Shown: positions 13,190-25,628 of the stretch, piece by piece | Layout of the letters: every line of letters begins with the position of its first letter | How positions within the stretch are numbered: position 1 is the first letter of the stretch | Made by a program: the position numbers and the translations under genes | Assembly (NCBI GenBank): GCA_002269645.1 | Contig: NIVC01001484.1 | Coordinates: 111,531 to 175,530, forward strand | Direction of reading: 5' to 3' | Length of the DNA: 64,000 bases | Source of the DNA: Macrostomum lignano | Lineage: Eukaryota | The notes under the pieces: model-generated | Told to the model about the DNA's origin: nothing | Database searches by the model: none | The model's input: only the letters and a program-made list of their open reading frames with translations

Positions 13190-15532
13190 TCAGTAGGGTC
13201 TCGGAAGATGCAAAATATTTCCACAATTGCGACACATAAAATTCGATGAGTCTCTTTTCAAATATGTATCCACATGGACACGACATCTCGTGCACCGCAT
13301 GAACTGAATCTGTGCACTCCCAGGTCGGCTCACAGAGCCACGCTTTGGAGAAGGGGCTACTTCTGGAAGACTGTCAAGTTCTTTGCACTTTCTGCCTGTA
13401 TGCACATCTTCCCAAGGCCGGCCGCACATCTTGCAAGTGTGCTTGTAGCAATTAAAGCACTGAAAACCAACAGGTTTAATAGGGCCCGTAATGGCTCTGT
13501 ACTTGCCGCAGTGAGCGCATTGCGGTTTCGTCCCAGCCTTTTGAGCTTTCATTCTGCAAGTAACTCGAGTAGACGAAATTTTTGGCTCATCAAACTCATC
13601 AGATTCATCAGATGTATTTGCCTTCTCAATGTCATTTTCAGGGCCATAAATCCCATTAAGCAACTTTTCAGCAGCATCAACAGGCTCAGAATCCTCAACT
13701 CGCCTCGCTGAAACTGTTGCCGAAGATTCAGCACGGGATGGAAATGAGCTCGCATGGGCCTCAAACTGCAGACCGCTGGCATGAGTAACCGCTGCCATCT
13801 GCCAGGCCGTATCATCTGCCCTTCTCTGCCTCGCTTCGTCACCTTGATATATTCTGGGATTTTCATCCAGCGGCACCTGCTTACCTCTTTGCAGCCTCGT
13901 CTTTCTGATCAGCTGCAGGTCATTCTGCATGGCTTCAGCCGCTTGCTCTTGGCGCAGCCGCTCTTCCTCTGCCCTTTCCCATCGCCCTACTGCTGCCGAC
14001 GCGTTCCGCAGAGATTGGTTTCTTCGTTGTCGCTCAGCCTCCTCTCTCTCCCACAGTCGCTGCGCCTCTTCTGTCTCCTTTCTCAACCGCTCAGCCTCTT
14101 CTCTCTCCCACAGTCGCTGCGCCTCTTCTGTATCCTTTCTCAACCGCTCAGCCTCTTCTCTCTCCCACAGTCGCTGCGCCTCTTCTCTCTCCTTTCTCAA
14201 CCGCTCAGCCTCTTCTCTCTCCCACAGTCGCTGCGCCTCTTCTCTCTCCTTTCTCAACCGCTCAGCCTCTTCTCTCTCCTTTCTCAACCGCTCAGCCTCT
14301 TCTCTCTCCTTTCTCCACCGGTCAGCCTCTTCTCTCTGCTGTCTCAACCGGTCAGCCTCTTCTCTCTCCTTTCTCAACCGGTCAGCCTCTTCTCTCTGCT
14401 GTCTCAACCGGTCAGCCTCTTCTCTCTTCTTTCTCAACCGATTAGCCTCTTCTCTCTCCTTTCTCAACCGCTCAGCCTCTTCTCTCTCCTTTCTCAACCG
14501 CTCAGCATCTTCTCTCTCCTTTCTCAACCGCTCAGCCTCTTCTCTCTCCTTTCTCAACCGCTCAGCATCTTCTCTCTCCTTTCTCAACCGCTCAGCCTCT
14601 TCTCTCTCCTTTCTCAACCGCTCAGCCTCTTCTCTCTGCAGTCTCAACCGCTCAGCCTCTTCCTTCTCTTTTTTCTTTCGTTCCACCTCTTCTCTTCTCT
14701 TCCGTTGTCGCAATTCTTCAGCTTCTCTCTGCCTCCTCTTATCATCCTCGATTCTCGCTTGCCTTTCGAGTTCTTCTCTTTTTTCTCTCTCCAGCCGCTG
14801 CTCCTCCAACATTGCCAACTCCAGCCGCTGCCTTTCCGTGGCTTCCTTCTCGAAACGCCTCTCTGTACAAAGTCTCTGCTCCTGCTCTTCTTTCAGCCGT
14901 GTCTGCAGCTCCTGTATTTGCTGCTCTCTTTTCTGCAGCTGAGTGTGCAGTTCTCTTCTTTCCTCCTCGGATTCTTTCAGTAAAGCCTGTAAGTTATGCA
15001 GCTTTGCAGAACTTCGAACCGCAGATCCTTGTAAATCGGCCTCCTTAGCCTCGAGCTGCAGCTTTAACTGGCCAAGCTGATCAGTCAGCTCAGCAATTCT
15101 CCCTGAGTCCTGTCTGATCTGCTCCGCTACTCTATCAGAGCACACGATGCCGTCAACGCGGAAAAACTCAGCGCTCTCGGTCTCGCACACTAAGCACGCC
15201 AAGTACTGCGAATCCGAGTTGGTCAAAACATGCTGGTTTTCCGAAAATGGGCAGTGCCTGCACGTCCAGGACACGATGGCTGCGCCAGCCAGGTGAACCT
15301 GAAAATTGTGCGATGCTACTCATTAAATATAAACTCAGATCAGTGATAACATTCACTCAGCCCAGCACGAGCTGCTCACCGATCTGCGATGCAGCCGCCG
15401 CTCCTCAGTCTGCTGGTGCCAGTCGGTGTCGCAGGTGTCGCACAGCAGCTGACCGCGGCACTCAGCGCAGGCGAGCACTGCGGGCCGGCTGTTGCAGCGG
15501 CTGCACAGCTGGGGCGGGCTGTCCGCTGACAT
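13190..15532 (-). CDS. HOIP-derived family A, copy 1: B-box, long-loop NZF, coiled coil/ER-K repeat rod, IBR, degenerate half-RING2
   Basis: Exon 1 15532-15380 (MSADSPPQLCSRC..LLCDTCDTDWHQ, donor GTGAGC) splices in phase 0 to exon 2 15298-13190 (acceptor TTTTCAG; VHLAGAAIVSWTCRHC). C-terminal CAHCG..FQCFNC..TCKMCGRPWEDVHTGRKC aligns to the IBR of the HOIP at 46 kb. Confidence 0.8.
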
Positions 15533-15977
15533 GCCGCATGAACGGGTGAAACATTTGATTGAGAAAAATGCTGCCAATCTTGCCTTGAGCACAAAAATGA
15601 TAGCCTAGCAGGCCGATAACCGAAATTGATTATGAATGAAGAATAAAGTCTTAACGCAACTTTTTGATAAATTATAATTGGCAATCAATATTTATTGTAA
15701 ACTGTAGCAGTCTGTATCAAATACTGTCAGCAAAAAAAATAATTAAATACTGAACTGGATTAATCGCATAATTAAAAATGTAAAACTGACAGCCGCCTAT
15801 TGGCTTTTGAACACAATTTAAAAAACTTTGGGTAAAAAGCGAGAATAGCGCAATAGCCAGTTCCTCGCCATCTGATTAGTGATTGCACAAAGTGATTACT
15901 GAAATGCTAATATTATAAGACGTATTGCAATGGAATTAGCGGACATTGGTATTGCTAGCATATGTTATGCAGCAAAA

Positions 15978-17464
15978 TCAATCTGAATCTTCTTCATCAC
16001 TATCAACCAGCTGCTCATAGACCAGAGCCGACCGGTCAGCTTTGCCGGTTGCTGCGCTGCCACTGCAGCGACGCTGCGAGGCTCCGGTTGGTGCGCTGGA
16101 GCGACGCAGTCCGCCACGGTTGCTTAGCAACGGAGGCTGGGCAGCGGCGGCGGCCGTTTCAGACTGGCTTCGGTGCAGCAGCAGGTTGGGCCGCGCCGGA
16201 GCAGCTGACGACAGTCGACGCTGTGCGGCCTCCAGCCGTTGCGTCAGCTCGGCGATGCGCGCCTCCTGATCGCGGACGATCGACTGCAGCTCGGCGGCGA
16301 GTTTCGCCTCGCCAATCAGAACTTCGGTGGCTCGCTGAGAGGTCAGCCAGACGCCGCGGATGCTGACGTCGGCGGCGCAGTCGGCCTGGCAGACGGCGCA
16401 GCGCAGCTGCTGCTGCTCGGAGCTGTCGCTGAGCACCTCGTCGTTGGTGAAGGTGCAGTGCGGACAGTTCCACAGCAGCTGGTTGCGGTCCGGAAGATGC
16501 ACCTGGAGTAAAACAATTTGAAATTACAAAGAGTATCTTGACCAAGTTACATAAGTATTTGTTCGGTACGAAAACTCAAGGAGGTTTTGATGCCAAAGCT
16601 TAACAATCTTGTAATTGCCTTTGTGGCCAGTTAACCAGATGAAAGCGGTACCTAGGACAAGAAGCGTCTCAGAGACCCTGGCAACTGAGCCCCAAAGCTT
16701 ACCCTAGCAACTAAGCTACTCAGCCCCAAAGCTCACCCTAGCAACTAAGCTACTCAGCTCCAAAGATCACCCTAGCAACTAAGCTACTCAGCTCCAAAGC
16801 TCACCCTAGCAACTAAGCTACTCAGCCCCAAAGCTCACCCTAGCAACTAAGCTACTCAGCTCCAAAGCTCACCCTAGCAACTAAGCTACTCAGCCCCAAA
16901 GCTCACCCTAGCAACTAAGCTACTCAGCTCCAAAGATCACCCTAGCAACTAAGCTACTCAGCCCCAAAGCTCACCCTAGCAACTAAGCTACTCAGCCCCA
17001 AAGCTCACCCTAGCAACTAAGCTACTCAGCCCCAAAGCTCACCCTAGCAACTAAGCTACTCAGCCCCAAAGCTCACCCTAGCAACGAAGCTACTCAGCCC
17101 CAAAGCTCACCCTAGCAACTAAGCTACTCAGCTCCAAAGCTCACCCTAGCAACTAAGCTACTCAGCCCCAAAGCTCACCCTAGCAACTAAGCTACTCAGC
17201 TCCAAAGCTCAGGCTAGCAACTAAGCTACTCAGCTCCAAAGCTCACCCTAGCAACTAAGCTACTCAGCTCCAAAGCTCACCCTAGCAACTGAGCTACTCA
17301 TCCCCAAAGCTCACCCTAACGCAGTGCCCTCGCCTCCCAGCCTGGCCGTGCCAGTTCAGCTCGCAGTCGTCGCAGAACAGTTTCTCCCTACAGTTGATGT
17401 AGGCCTCTTCGCAAACGAACTCAGCCGGCTGATGACCGCAGATTGAGCACAGATTGGCTGACAT
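15978..17464 (-). CDS. HOIP-derived family B, copy 1: B-box + NZF + short coiled coil, ~224 aa
   Basis: Exon 1 17464-17315 (MSANLCSICGHQPAEFVCEE..KLFCDDCELNWHGQAGRRGHCVR; not in the ORF track), donor GTGAGC. Exon 2 16502-15978 after TTTTACTCCAG (VHLPDRNQLLWNCPHCTFTN..CAVC). Confidence 0.8.
16688..17320. repeat. 34-bp intronic minisatellite (GCTACTCAGCCCCAAAGCTCACCCTAGCAACTAA), ~18 units
   Basis: The array abuts and includes the exon-1 donor of family B copy 1. Confidence 0.96.
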
Positions 17465-18379
17465 TGTGCTAGTGACCTCATTAACTCTTTCGGTTTTTTA
17501 ATACACTGATCGACTTGAGCTGCTGCGCAGAAATATTAAATTCAATAAACTAATCTACTTTAAGTAGTCTACGAGATGCTGGGTACCTAAATATTGTTGT
17601 TTACTAAGACTAACGCTAAGGATCGTTAGGATTTCCATTGCTATTAAGCCTCTACACACTAATGAACAACAAATCTATTGTTTAAGTCAAATAAGTGAAT
17701 AAGTGGCCAAAGTACAAAAAACGATATGATTTTATTGAAAACAAGTCGCATGAAAGAAATGCGCGAGTATTAAAAATAATGAAAAAACAATACTGACAAA
17801 ATTTTATAGCTTTTTGAGATTGAATTAATAGTTGGAAAAATATGAATCTGAAATGATGAAGATATAAATATGATTTCGAAGAAATCATTGCTCACTGATA
17901 AAGACACTGCTTGCCAGGATTATAAACTATAAAAAAACAGTAGTGCATTCCTCAGCCACTGCAAGTAGTAAAAGGCGCTTATTTCAGAAAATGGCAAACT
18001 TCGAAGAATAACGGAACCTCCAACTCAGTTGAGTCTGGCAATAAACAGAAACTGAAACGGAAAGTTGGCATGCAGAAACTGAGGCAATGCATTGCTCGCG
18101 ATAGATGCCAGCTTTATTGAGCCGACTAATAACTATAGCCAGACAAACTTTACCTATTATAATGCATTCTGAGTCAGAGCAAATCTTGATTCATTGATTT
18201 CAAACAGTTCCATTCTTATTGGGAAAACAATTCGATCTGCTTATACTGACAGAACTTTCGAAAATACAGTATAGTATGATTGATATATGAAAAAAATTTT
18301 ATGGTTGCAGATCTGGCTTGGACGAGCAGAAACTGTTATTGATAATGACAGAATGGGTTTGATTGCTTCATAAGAAATT

Positions 18380-18431
18380 GGACAGACAGAAAGACAGACA
18401 GACAGACAGACATACAGAGACAGACAGACAC

Positions 18432-18462
<31 letters not shown>

Positions 18463-18493
18463 CACAGACTGAAAGACAGACTGAAAGACAGAA

Positions 18494-18533
<40 letters not shown>

Positions 18534-18537
18534 TGAA

Positions 18538-18617
<80 letters not shown>

Positions 18618-18621
18618 TGAA

Positions 18622-18654
<33 letters not shown>

Positions 18655-18657
18655 CTA

Positions 18658-18732
<75 letters not shown>

Positions 18733-18801
18733 AGGACAGACAGACAGACAGACTGAAAGACAGAGAGACAGACAGACTGAAAGACAGAGAGACAGACAGA
18801 A

Positions 18802-18866
<65 letters not shown>

Positions 18867-18893
18867 CTAAGACAGACAGACAGACAGACACTA

Positions 18894-18958
<65 letters not shown>

Positions 18959-18961
18959 CTA

Positions 18962-19012
<51 letters not shown>

Positions 19013-19081
19013 TAGACAGACAGACAGACAGATAGACAGACAGAAAGACAGAGAGACAGACAGAAAGACAGACAGACACTA

Positions 19082-19126
<45 letters not shown>

Positions 19127-19301
19127 CTAAGACAGACAGACAGACAGACAGACAGGCAGACAGACAGACAGACAGACACATAGATAGACAGACAGACAGA
19201 GAGACAGACAGAAAGACAGACAGATAGACAGACAGACAGAAAGACAGAGAGACAGACAGAAAGACAGACAGACACTAAGACAGACAGACAGACAGACACT
19301 A

Positions 19302-19354
<53 letters not shown>

Positions 19355-19357
19355 CTA

Positions 19358-19398
<41 letters not shown>

Positions 19399-19401
19399 CT
19401 A

Positions 19402-19462
<61 letters not shown>

Positions 19463-19465
19463 CTA

Positions 19466-19505
<40 letters not shown>

Positions 19506-19509
19506 TGAA

Positions 19510-19552
<43 letters not shown>
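18380..19552. repeat. (GACA)n microsatellite, ~1.2 kb
   Basis: Directly visible; it produces the SVCL-type ORFs. Confidence 0.98.
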
Positions 19553-19670
19553 TTGATTGAATTTCAGCTATATTGAAGTCACCGCTGAAGGACACGCGCA
19601 TGCATAAAAATATTTCGCAATCAAATTAGGCTTCAATGTCTTCATAAAAAATCCCTTTTCTCTTCATCCT

Positions 19671-20732
19671 TTACTTGCGGACGCCGCGGCCAAAGTTGCC
19701 ATAGCAGATGCTGACTACGGGAGCGAACACCCCAGACAATCCGCCACTGCCGCCACCGCCGCCGCCAACACCGCCGCCGCTCCACATTGCCAGCCCGTGC
19801 GCGGCATCAAAATTGTTCGCCCGCCTGACCCGCCGGCTCGCCTCAGCAGGCAGATCGGCCTGCAGCTGGCCGCAGCTCCAAGGACTCTCCGCCAGCGCTG
19901 AATTGCCGCGGTCCAACAGAAACCGCCGAGGCAGCAAAGGCGAATTGGCCGACGCCGTCTCGGCCTCCCGACGCCGACGCTCTTCGACTTCGGCTTCGGC
20001 CTCTTTCAGCCGGCGTCGGAGACGTCGATCTCGCCGATGCTGGGCTCGTTCGCGCCGCTGCTCCGGCGTCTCGGCTGCTCGACGCTGCCTGGCGGCTTCG
20101 GCTTCGGTGGCCAGCTGGGCGCGAACTCCGGACCTCCAACGCTCGAAAGCGTCAACATCTCTGCTACTACTGTCAGTAGTTGTTGCAGACAGTGACGAGT
20201 GCCGTCTGTTGTGCCGGGCCAGACCGGCCAGGGAGCCGAACAGCCGCTGGGACCAGCTGGAACCGCGGCGGCTGCTGGCAGCTCTGGAAGATGAGGCAGT
20301 TTCAGCCGATTTTTCAGCCTCTCTACCTGCGGATTGTTCAGCCAGTTCGGTTGCGGCTACCGCAGCTTCAACAGAGCTCAGCTGGTGAGTCAGTTTCCGC
20401 AGCTGCTCAAGCTGCACCCGAGCCCGCCTCTGCAAGCAGGCCAACCTATGCCGCGGCTCAAGGCGGAGCTCTCCTTTGTTAGACGATGATGAGGCGCCGA
20501 AAACTCCTCGCGGCGAAACGCAGCTGGCAGCGGGGCAGCCGCACTGGCCGCACTCGAGCGAGGTCAGGCAGGAAGGAAACTCAGAGCTGGCCTGATGGAG
20601 CTTCTCAAGCTTAGCACAGTCAGCTTCACCACCTTTTGGTGCAGCTGTGGAGCACCAATGAAATCGAAGCTCGTTTCTAAGACTACAGCCGGCGCAGGTC
20701 CACGCAATCGAGCGAACGTCAAACAGCGACAT
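19671..20732 (-). CDS. HOIP-derived family C, copy 1: NZF-like finger + coiled coil + Arg/Ala-rich region, 353 aa
   Basis: Intact ORF with AG immediately before the ATG. WTCAGCSLRN..CGQC finger is followed by SPRGVF and LRKLTHQL, parallel to SIRGVW/RIAELTQRL in family B. ORF is preserved in both copies. Confidence 0.65.
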   Translation of the reverse strand: MSLFDVRSIAWTCAGCSLRNELRFHWCSTAAPKGGEADCAKLEKLHQASSEFPSCLTSLECGQCGCPAASCVSPRGVFGASSSSNKGELRLEPRHRLACLQRRARVQLEQLRKLTHQLSSVEAAVAATELAEQSAGREAEKSAETASSSRAASSRRGSSWSQRLFGSLAGLARHNRRHSSLSATTTDSSSRDVDAFERWRSGVRAQLATEAEAARQRRAAETPEQRRERAQHRRDRRLRRRLKEAEAEVEERRRREAETASANSPLLPRRFLLDRGNSALAESPWSCGQLQADLPAEASRRVRRANNFDAAHGLAMWSGGGVGGGGGGSGGLSGVFAPVVSICYGNFGRGVRK

Positions 20733-22027
20733 CTGGAATTATATGTTTGATAAGGTGCTGTGTGTTCAGCTGTATTGACCACTAGCTCACTGTGACTGCT
20801 TTGAGGGGTGACGCAAGCAGCCTTAGTCATTTAGACAAAAAACAACTCGTTTAAGTATGTCAGCAGTTACTCTTTCGATTAGAATTTTCTGGGTAACTTT
20901 TCAATTAAAAACTGCTGAATTGTCAAAGCGCACGGGGGAGTTGTAGAAATTCTGTGGCTCTTAGTGAGGAGTTGATGAGATGTCAAGGCTCAATCGGAAG
21001 TTGTTGGTAGGCCAAGCATCATAGGGGAGAAGGGTTTAAGTTAAGCCATGGCTTAAAGGGAGGTTTTGATGCCAAAGCTCACAGGGGATGCTAAAACACC
21101 ATTTTCCTCAAGAAACTAACAATAATGACTGTACAAGGTCAAAACCTTATACTTTAGTTTCTGCTTCCTCAATGGGAGGAGGGCGGATTGTTAGTTCTAT
21201 ATACTAAAAATAAAAACAAACACCAAAGCACTATTAGCACCATAGTGATAAAAAATAACGTTACAAAAGCGGTTCTATTTTGGTCTGAAAAAAAGAAAGT
21301 ACAAAATCAAAACTCCGTACTTGTACAAGTAGTACTATAGGACGAAGGCTTTTGCCGTTCCGGAATACACACGAACGTAAGTACATTTAGTCATAATGAA
21401 ACTACAAAAATAGCCATAACCATCAAACTAAAGTTTACACTGGAAAGATACTGACCATACAGACATAGCATTCGAGATACTGGAATATTGGACTACAATG
21501 GACAGTCAAATTGGGTGATGAATCTGAAACCAGCGGTTTTCTACTAACGCTTGACGTTAATATAAAACCAACAACGACATATTTAGTTCAAACTCAGAGT
21601 CCAAAATAGATTTTTCGGAATTGTTCTGAAGTTAAGTTTCATGGCAATTGAGTGGATAAAATTCATATATAAACATTGTAGGCAAAAAAATTAGAAAACC
21701 ATTAAGAACATCAGATGACTCCATACTTAAAAAAAAACTAATAAAAGAATATTAAAATAATTTATAATTTCTTCTTATCACATAGAGGACGAGGTTTGAA
21801 ATTTAGAGAAGTACCTCGAATAATTCGTATTATAGAGTAAAGTCTTCGCTATTTGGAAATGAAAAGTATATATGTTTTAGCAATTGGTCCAAAATATAGC
21901 CGATACTTTTAAGGATACGGTCGACAATTTATCGAGTACACTTAGCACGAGCAAGCAATACTCAATCTTATCTTTGTGCACCTATATACCATCGCTTTGC
22001 ACCGATCAGCGCATGCATAATAAAAAC

Positions 22028-25000
22028 TCAGTAGGGTCTCGGAAGATGCAAAACAGTTCCACAGTTGCGACACATAACATTCGATGAGTCTCTTTGCAAA
22101 TATGTATCCCCATTGCGACGACATTTCGGGCAGTACACGAGCTGAATCTGTGCACTCCCAGGTCGGCTCACAGAGCACCGCTTTGGAGAAGGGGCTACTT
22201 CTGGAAGACTGTCAAGTTCTTTGCACTTTCTGCCTGTATGCACATCTTCCCAAAGCCGGCCGCACATCTTGCAAGTGCGCTTGTAGCAAGTAAAGCACTG
22301 AAAACCAACAGGTTCGATAGGGCCCGTAATGGCTCTGTACTTGCCGCAGTGAGCGCATTGCAGTTTCGTCTCAGCCTTTTGAGCTTTCATTCTGCCAGTA
22401 ACTCGAGTAGACGATTTTTTTGGCTCATCAAACTCATCAGATTCATCAGACGTATTTACTTTGTGAAGGTCATTTACTGATGTTTCAGGACCATATATCC
22501 CATAAAGCAACTTTTCAGCAGCATCAACAGGCTCAGAATCCTCAACTCGCCAAGATGAAACTGTTGCCGATGATCCAGCACGGGATGGAAGTGAGCTCGC
22601 ATCGGCCCCAAACTGCAGACCGCTGGCATGAGTAACCGCTGCCATCTGCCAAGTCGTATAATCTGCCCTTCTCTGCCTCGCTTCGTCACCTTGATATCTT
22701 CTGGGATTTTCATCCAGCGGCACCTGTTTACCTCTTTGCAGCCTCGTCTTTCTGATCAGCTGCAGGTCATTCTGCATGGCTTCAGCCGCTTGCTCTTGGC
22801 GCAGCCGCTCTTCCTCTGCCCTTTCCCATCGCCCCACTGCTGCCGACGCGTTCCGCAGAGAGTGGTTTCTTTGTTGTCGCTCAGCCTCTTCTCTCTCCCA
22901 CAGTCGCTGCGCCTCTTCTCTCTCCTTTCTCCACCGCTCAGCCTCTTCTCTCTGCTGTCTTAACCGGTCAGCCTCTTTTCTCTCCTTTCTCAACCGCTCA
23001 GCCTCTTCTCTCTCCTTTCTCAACCGCTCAGCCTCTTCTCTCTCCTTTCTCAACCGCTCAGTATCTTCTCTCTCCTTTCTCAACCGCTCAGTATCTTCTC
23101 TCTCCTTTCTCAACCGCTCAGCCTCTTCTCTCTCCTTTCTCAACCGCTCAGCCTCTTCTCTCTCCTTTCTCAACCGCTCAGCCTCATCTCTCTCCTTTCT
23201 CAACCGCTCAGCCTCTTCTCTCTCCTTTCTCAACCGCTCAGCCTCTTCTCTCTCCTTTCTCAACCGCTCAGTATCTTCTCTCTCCTTTCTCAACCGCTCA
23301 GCCTCTTCTCTCTCCTTTCTCAACCGCTCAGCCTCTTCTCTCTCCTTTCTCCACCGCTCAGCCTCTTCTCTCTGCTGTCTTAACCGGTCAGCCTCTTCTC
23401 TCTCCTTTCTCAACCGCTCAGCCTCTTCTCTCTCCTTTCTCAACCGCTCAGCCTCTTCTCTCTCCTTTCTCAACCGCTCAGTATCTTCTCTCTCCTTTCT
23501 CAACCGCTCAGTATCTTCTCTCTCCTTTCTCAACCGCTCAGCCTCTTCTCTCTCCTTTCTCAACCGCTCAGCCTCTTCTCTCTCCTTTCTCAACCGCTCA
23601 GCCTCTTCTCTCTCCTTTCTCAACCGCTCAGCCTCTTCTCTCTCCTTTCTCAACCGCTCAGCCTCTTCTCTCTCCTTTCTCAACCGCTCAGTATCTTCTC
23701 TCTCCTTTCTCAACCGCTCAGCCTCTTCTCTCTCCTTTCTCAACCGCTCAGCCTCTTCTCTCTCCTTTCTCAACCGCTCAGCCTCTTCTCTCTCCTTTCT
23801 CAACCGCTCAGTATCTTCTCTCTCCTTTCTCAACCGCTCAGCCTCTTCTCTCTCCTTTCTCAACCGCTCAGCCTCTTCTCTCTTCCACAGTCGCTGCGCC
23901 TCTTCTGTCTCCTTTCTCAACCGCTCAGCCTCTTCCTTCTCTTTTTTCTTTCGTTCCGCCTCTTCTCTTCTCTTCCGTCGTAACATTTCTTCAGCTTCCC
24001 TCTGCCTCCTGTTCTCATCCTCGATTCTCGCTTGCCTTTCGAGTTCTTCTTTTTTTTCTCTTTCCAACCGTTGAAGCTCCAACATTGCCAGCTCCAGCTG
24101 CTGCCTTTCCGTGGCCTCCTTTTTGAAACGCCTCTCTGTACGAAGTCTCTGCTCCTGCTCTTCTTTTAGCCGCGTCTGCAGCTCCTGTATTAGCTGCTCT
24201 CTTTCCTGCAGCTGAGCCTGAGTTAACTGTCTTTTTTCTGCCTCCTGGACTGCCAGCAATTCAGCCAGTTGTACCTGCAACTCCTTTTCCTCCAGCTGCT
24301 GCTGATAGAGTGGATACTCAGCATCTTCAAGCTGTTTGGACTCTGTAGCGGTGCCGGCCGGTACCATGTCGGACCTCGAAGACGCTCGCGTCTCTCTACT
24401 TGGAGAATTTGCCGAGGCTTCCGCTGCTGCGACACGATTTTCCAATCGCTCAGCCGCTTTTGTCTCTATTTTATTTCGTTCTGCCTCTTCTGTTCTCTTC
24501 CGCTGTCGCATTTCTTCAGCTTCCCTCTGCCTCCTGTTCTCATCCTTGATTCTCGCTTGTCTTTCGAGTTCTTCTCTTTTTTCTCTTTCCAGCCGCTGCC
24601 TTTCCGTGGCCTCTTTCTCGAAACGCCTCTCTGTACGAAGTCTCTGCTCCTGCTCTTCTCTTAGCCGCCTCTGCAGCTCCTGTATTTGCTGCTCTCTTTC
24701 CTGCAGCTGAACGTGCAGTTCTCTGCTTTGAACCACAGATGTTTGTAACTCAGCCTCCTGAGCCTCGAGCTGCAGCTTTAACTGGCCAAGCTGATCAGTC
24801 AGCTCAGCAATTCTCACTGAGTCCTGTCTGATCTGATCCGCTACTCTGTCAGAGCACACGATGCCGTCAACGTGGAAAAACTCTGCGCTCTCGGTCTCGC
24901 ACACTAAGCACACCAAGTACTGCGAATCCGAGTTGGTCAAAACATGCTGGTTTTCCGAAAATAGGCAGTGCCTGCACGTCCAGGACACGATAGCAGCGCC

Positions 25001-25246
25001 AGCCAGGTGAATCTGAAAATTGTGCGATGCTACTCATTAAATATAAACTCAGATCAGTGACAATATTCACTCAGCCCAGCACGAGCTGCTCACCGATCTG
25101 CGATGCAGCCGCCGCTCCTCAGTCTGCTGGTGCCAGTCGGTGTCGCAGGTGTCGCACAGCAGCTGACCGCGGCACTCAGCGCAGGCGAGCACTGCGGGCC
25201 GGCTGTTGCAGCGGCTGCACAGCTGGGGCGGGCTGTCCGCTGACAT
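22028..25246 (-). CDS. HOIP-derived family A, copy 2, with expanded (KEREEAERLR)n rod, ~1045 aa
   Basis: Exon 1 25246-25094 (B-box), exon 2 25012-22028 (IHLAGAAIVSWTCRHC); ~32 ten-residue repeats; IBR-like C-terminus. Confidence 0.8.
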
Positions 25247-25628
25247 GCCGCTGGAACGGGTGAAATATTTGATTGAGAAAAATGCTGCCAATCTTGCCTT
25301 GAGCACAAAAATGATAGCCTAGCAGGCCGAGAACCGAAATTGATTATGAATGAAGAATAAAGTCTTAACGCAACTTTTTGATAAATTATAATTGGCAATC
25401 AATATTTATTGTAAACTGTAGCAGTCTGTATCAAATACTGTCAGCAAAAAAAATAATTAAATACTGAACTGGATTAATCGCATAATTAAAAATGTAAAAC
25501 TGACAGCCGCCTATTGGCTTTTGAACACAATTTAAAAAACTGTGGGTAAAAAGCGAGAATATCGCAATAGCCAGTTCCTCATGGAATTAGCGGACATTGG
25601 TATTGCTAGCACATGTTATGCAGCAAAA

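Noticed and set aside
13190-13210. C-terminal PRPY/PRAY of family A as a PUB-interacting motif
   Set aside because: Lacks the acidic-hydrophobic-Tyr pattern of p97/OTULIN PIMs; too weak to claim.
13754-14983. Long plus-strand LFSLLSQP/SASSLSFLNR ORFs (also 22776-24074, 33251-33896)
   Set aside because: Antisense shadows of the coding ER/K repeat.
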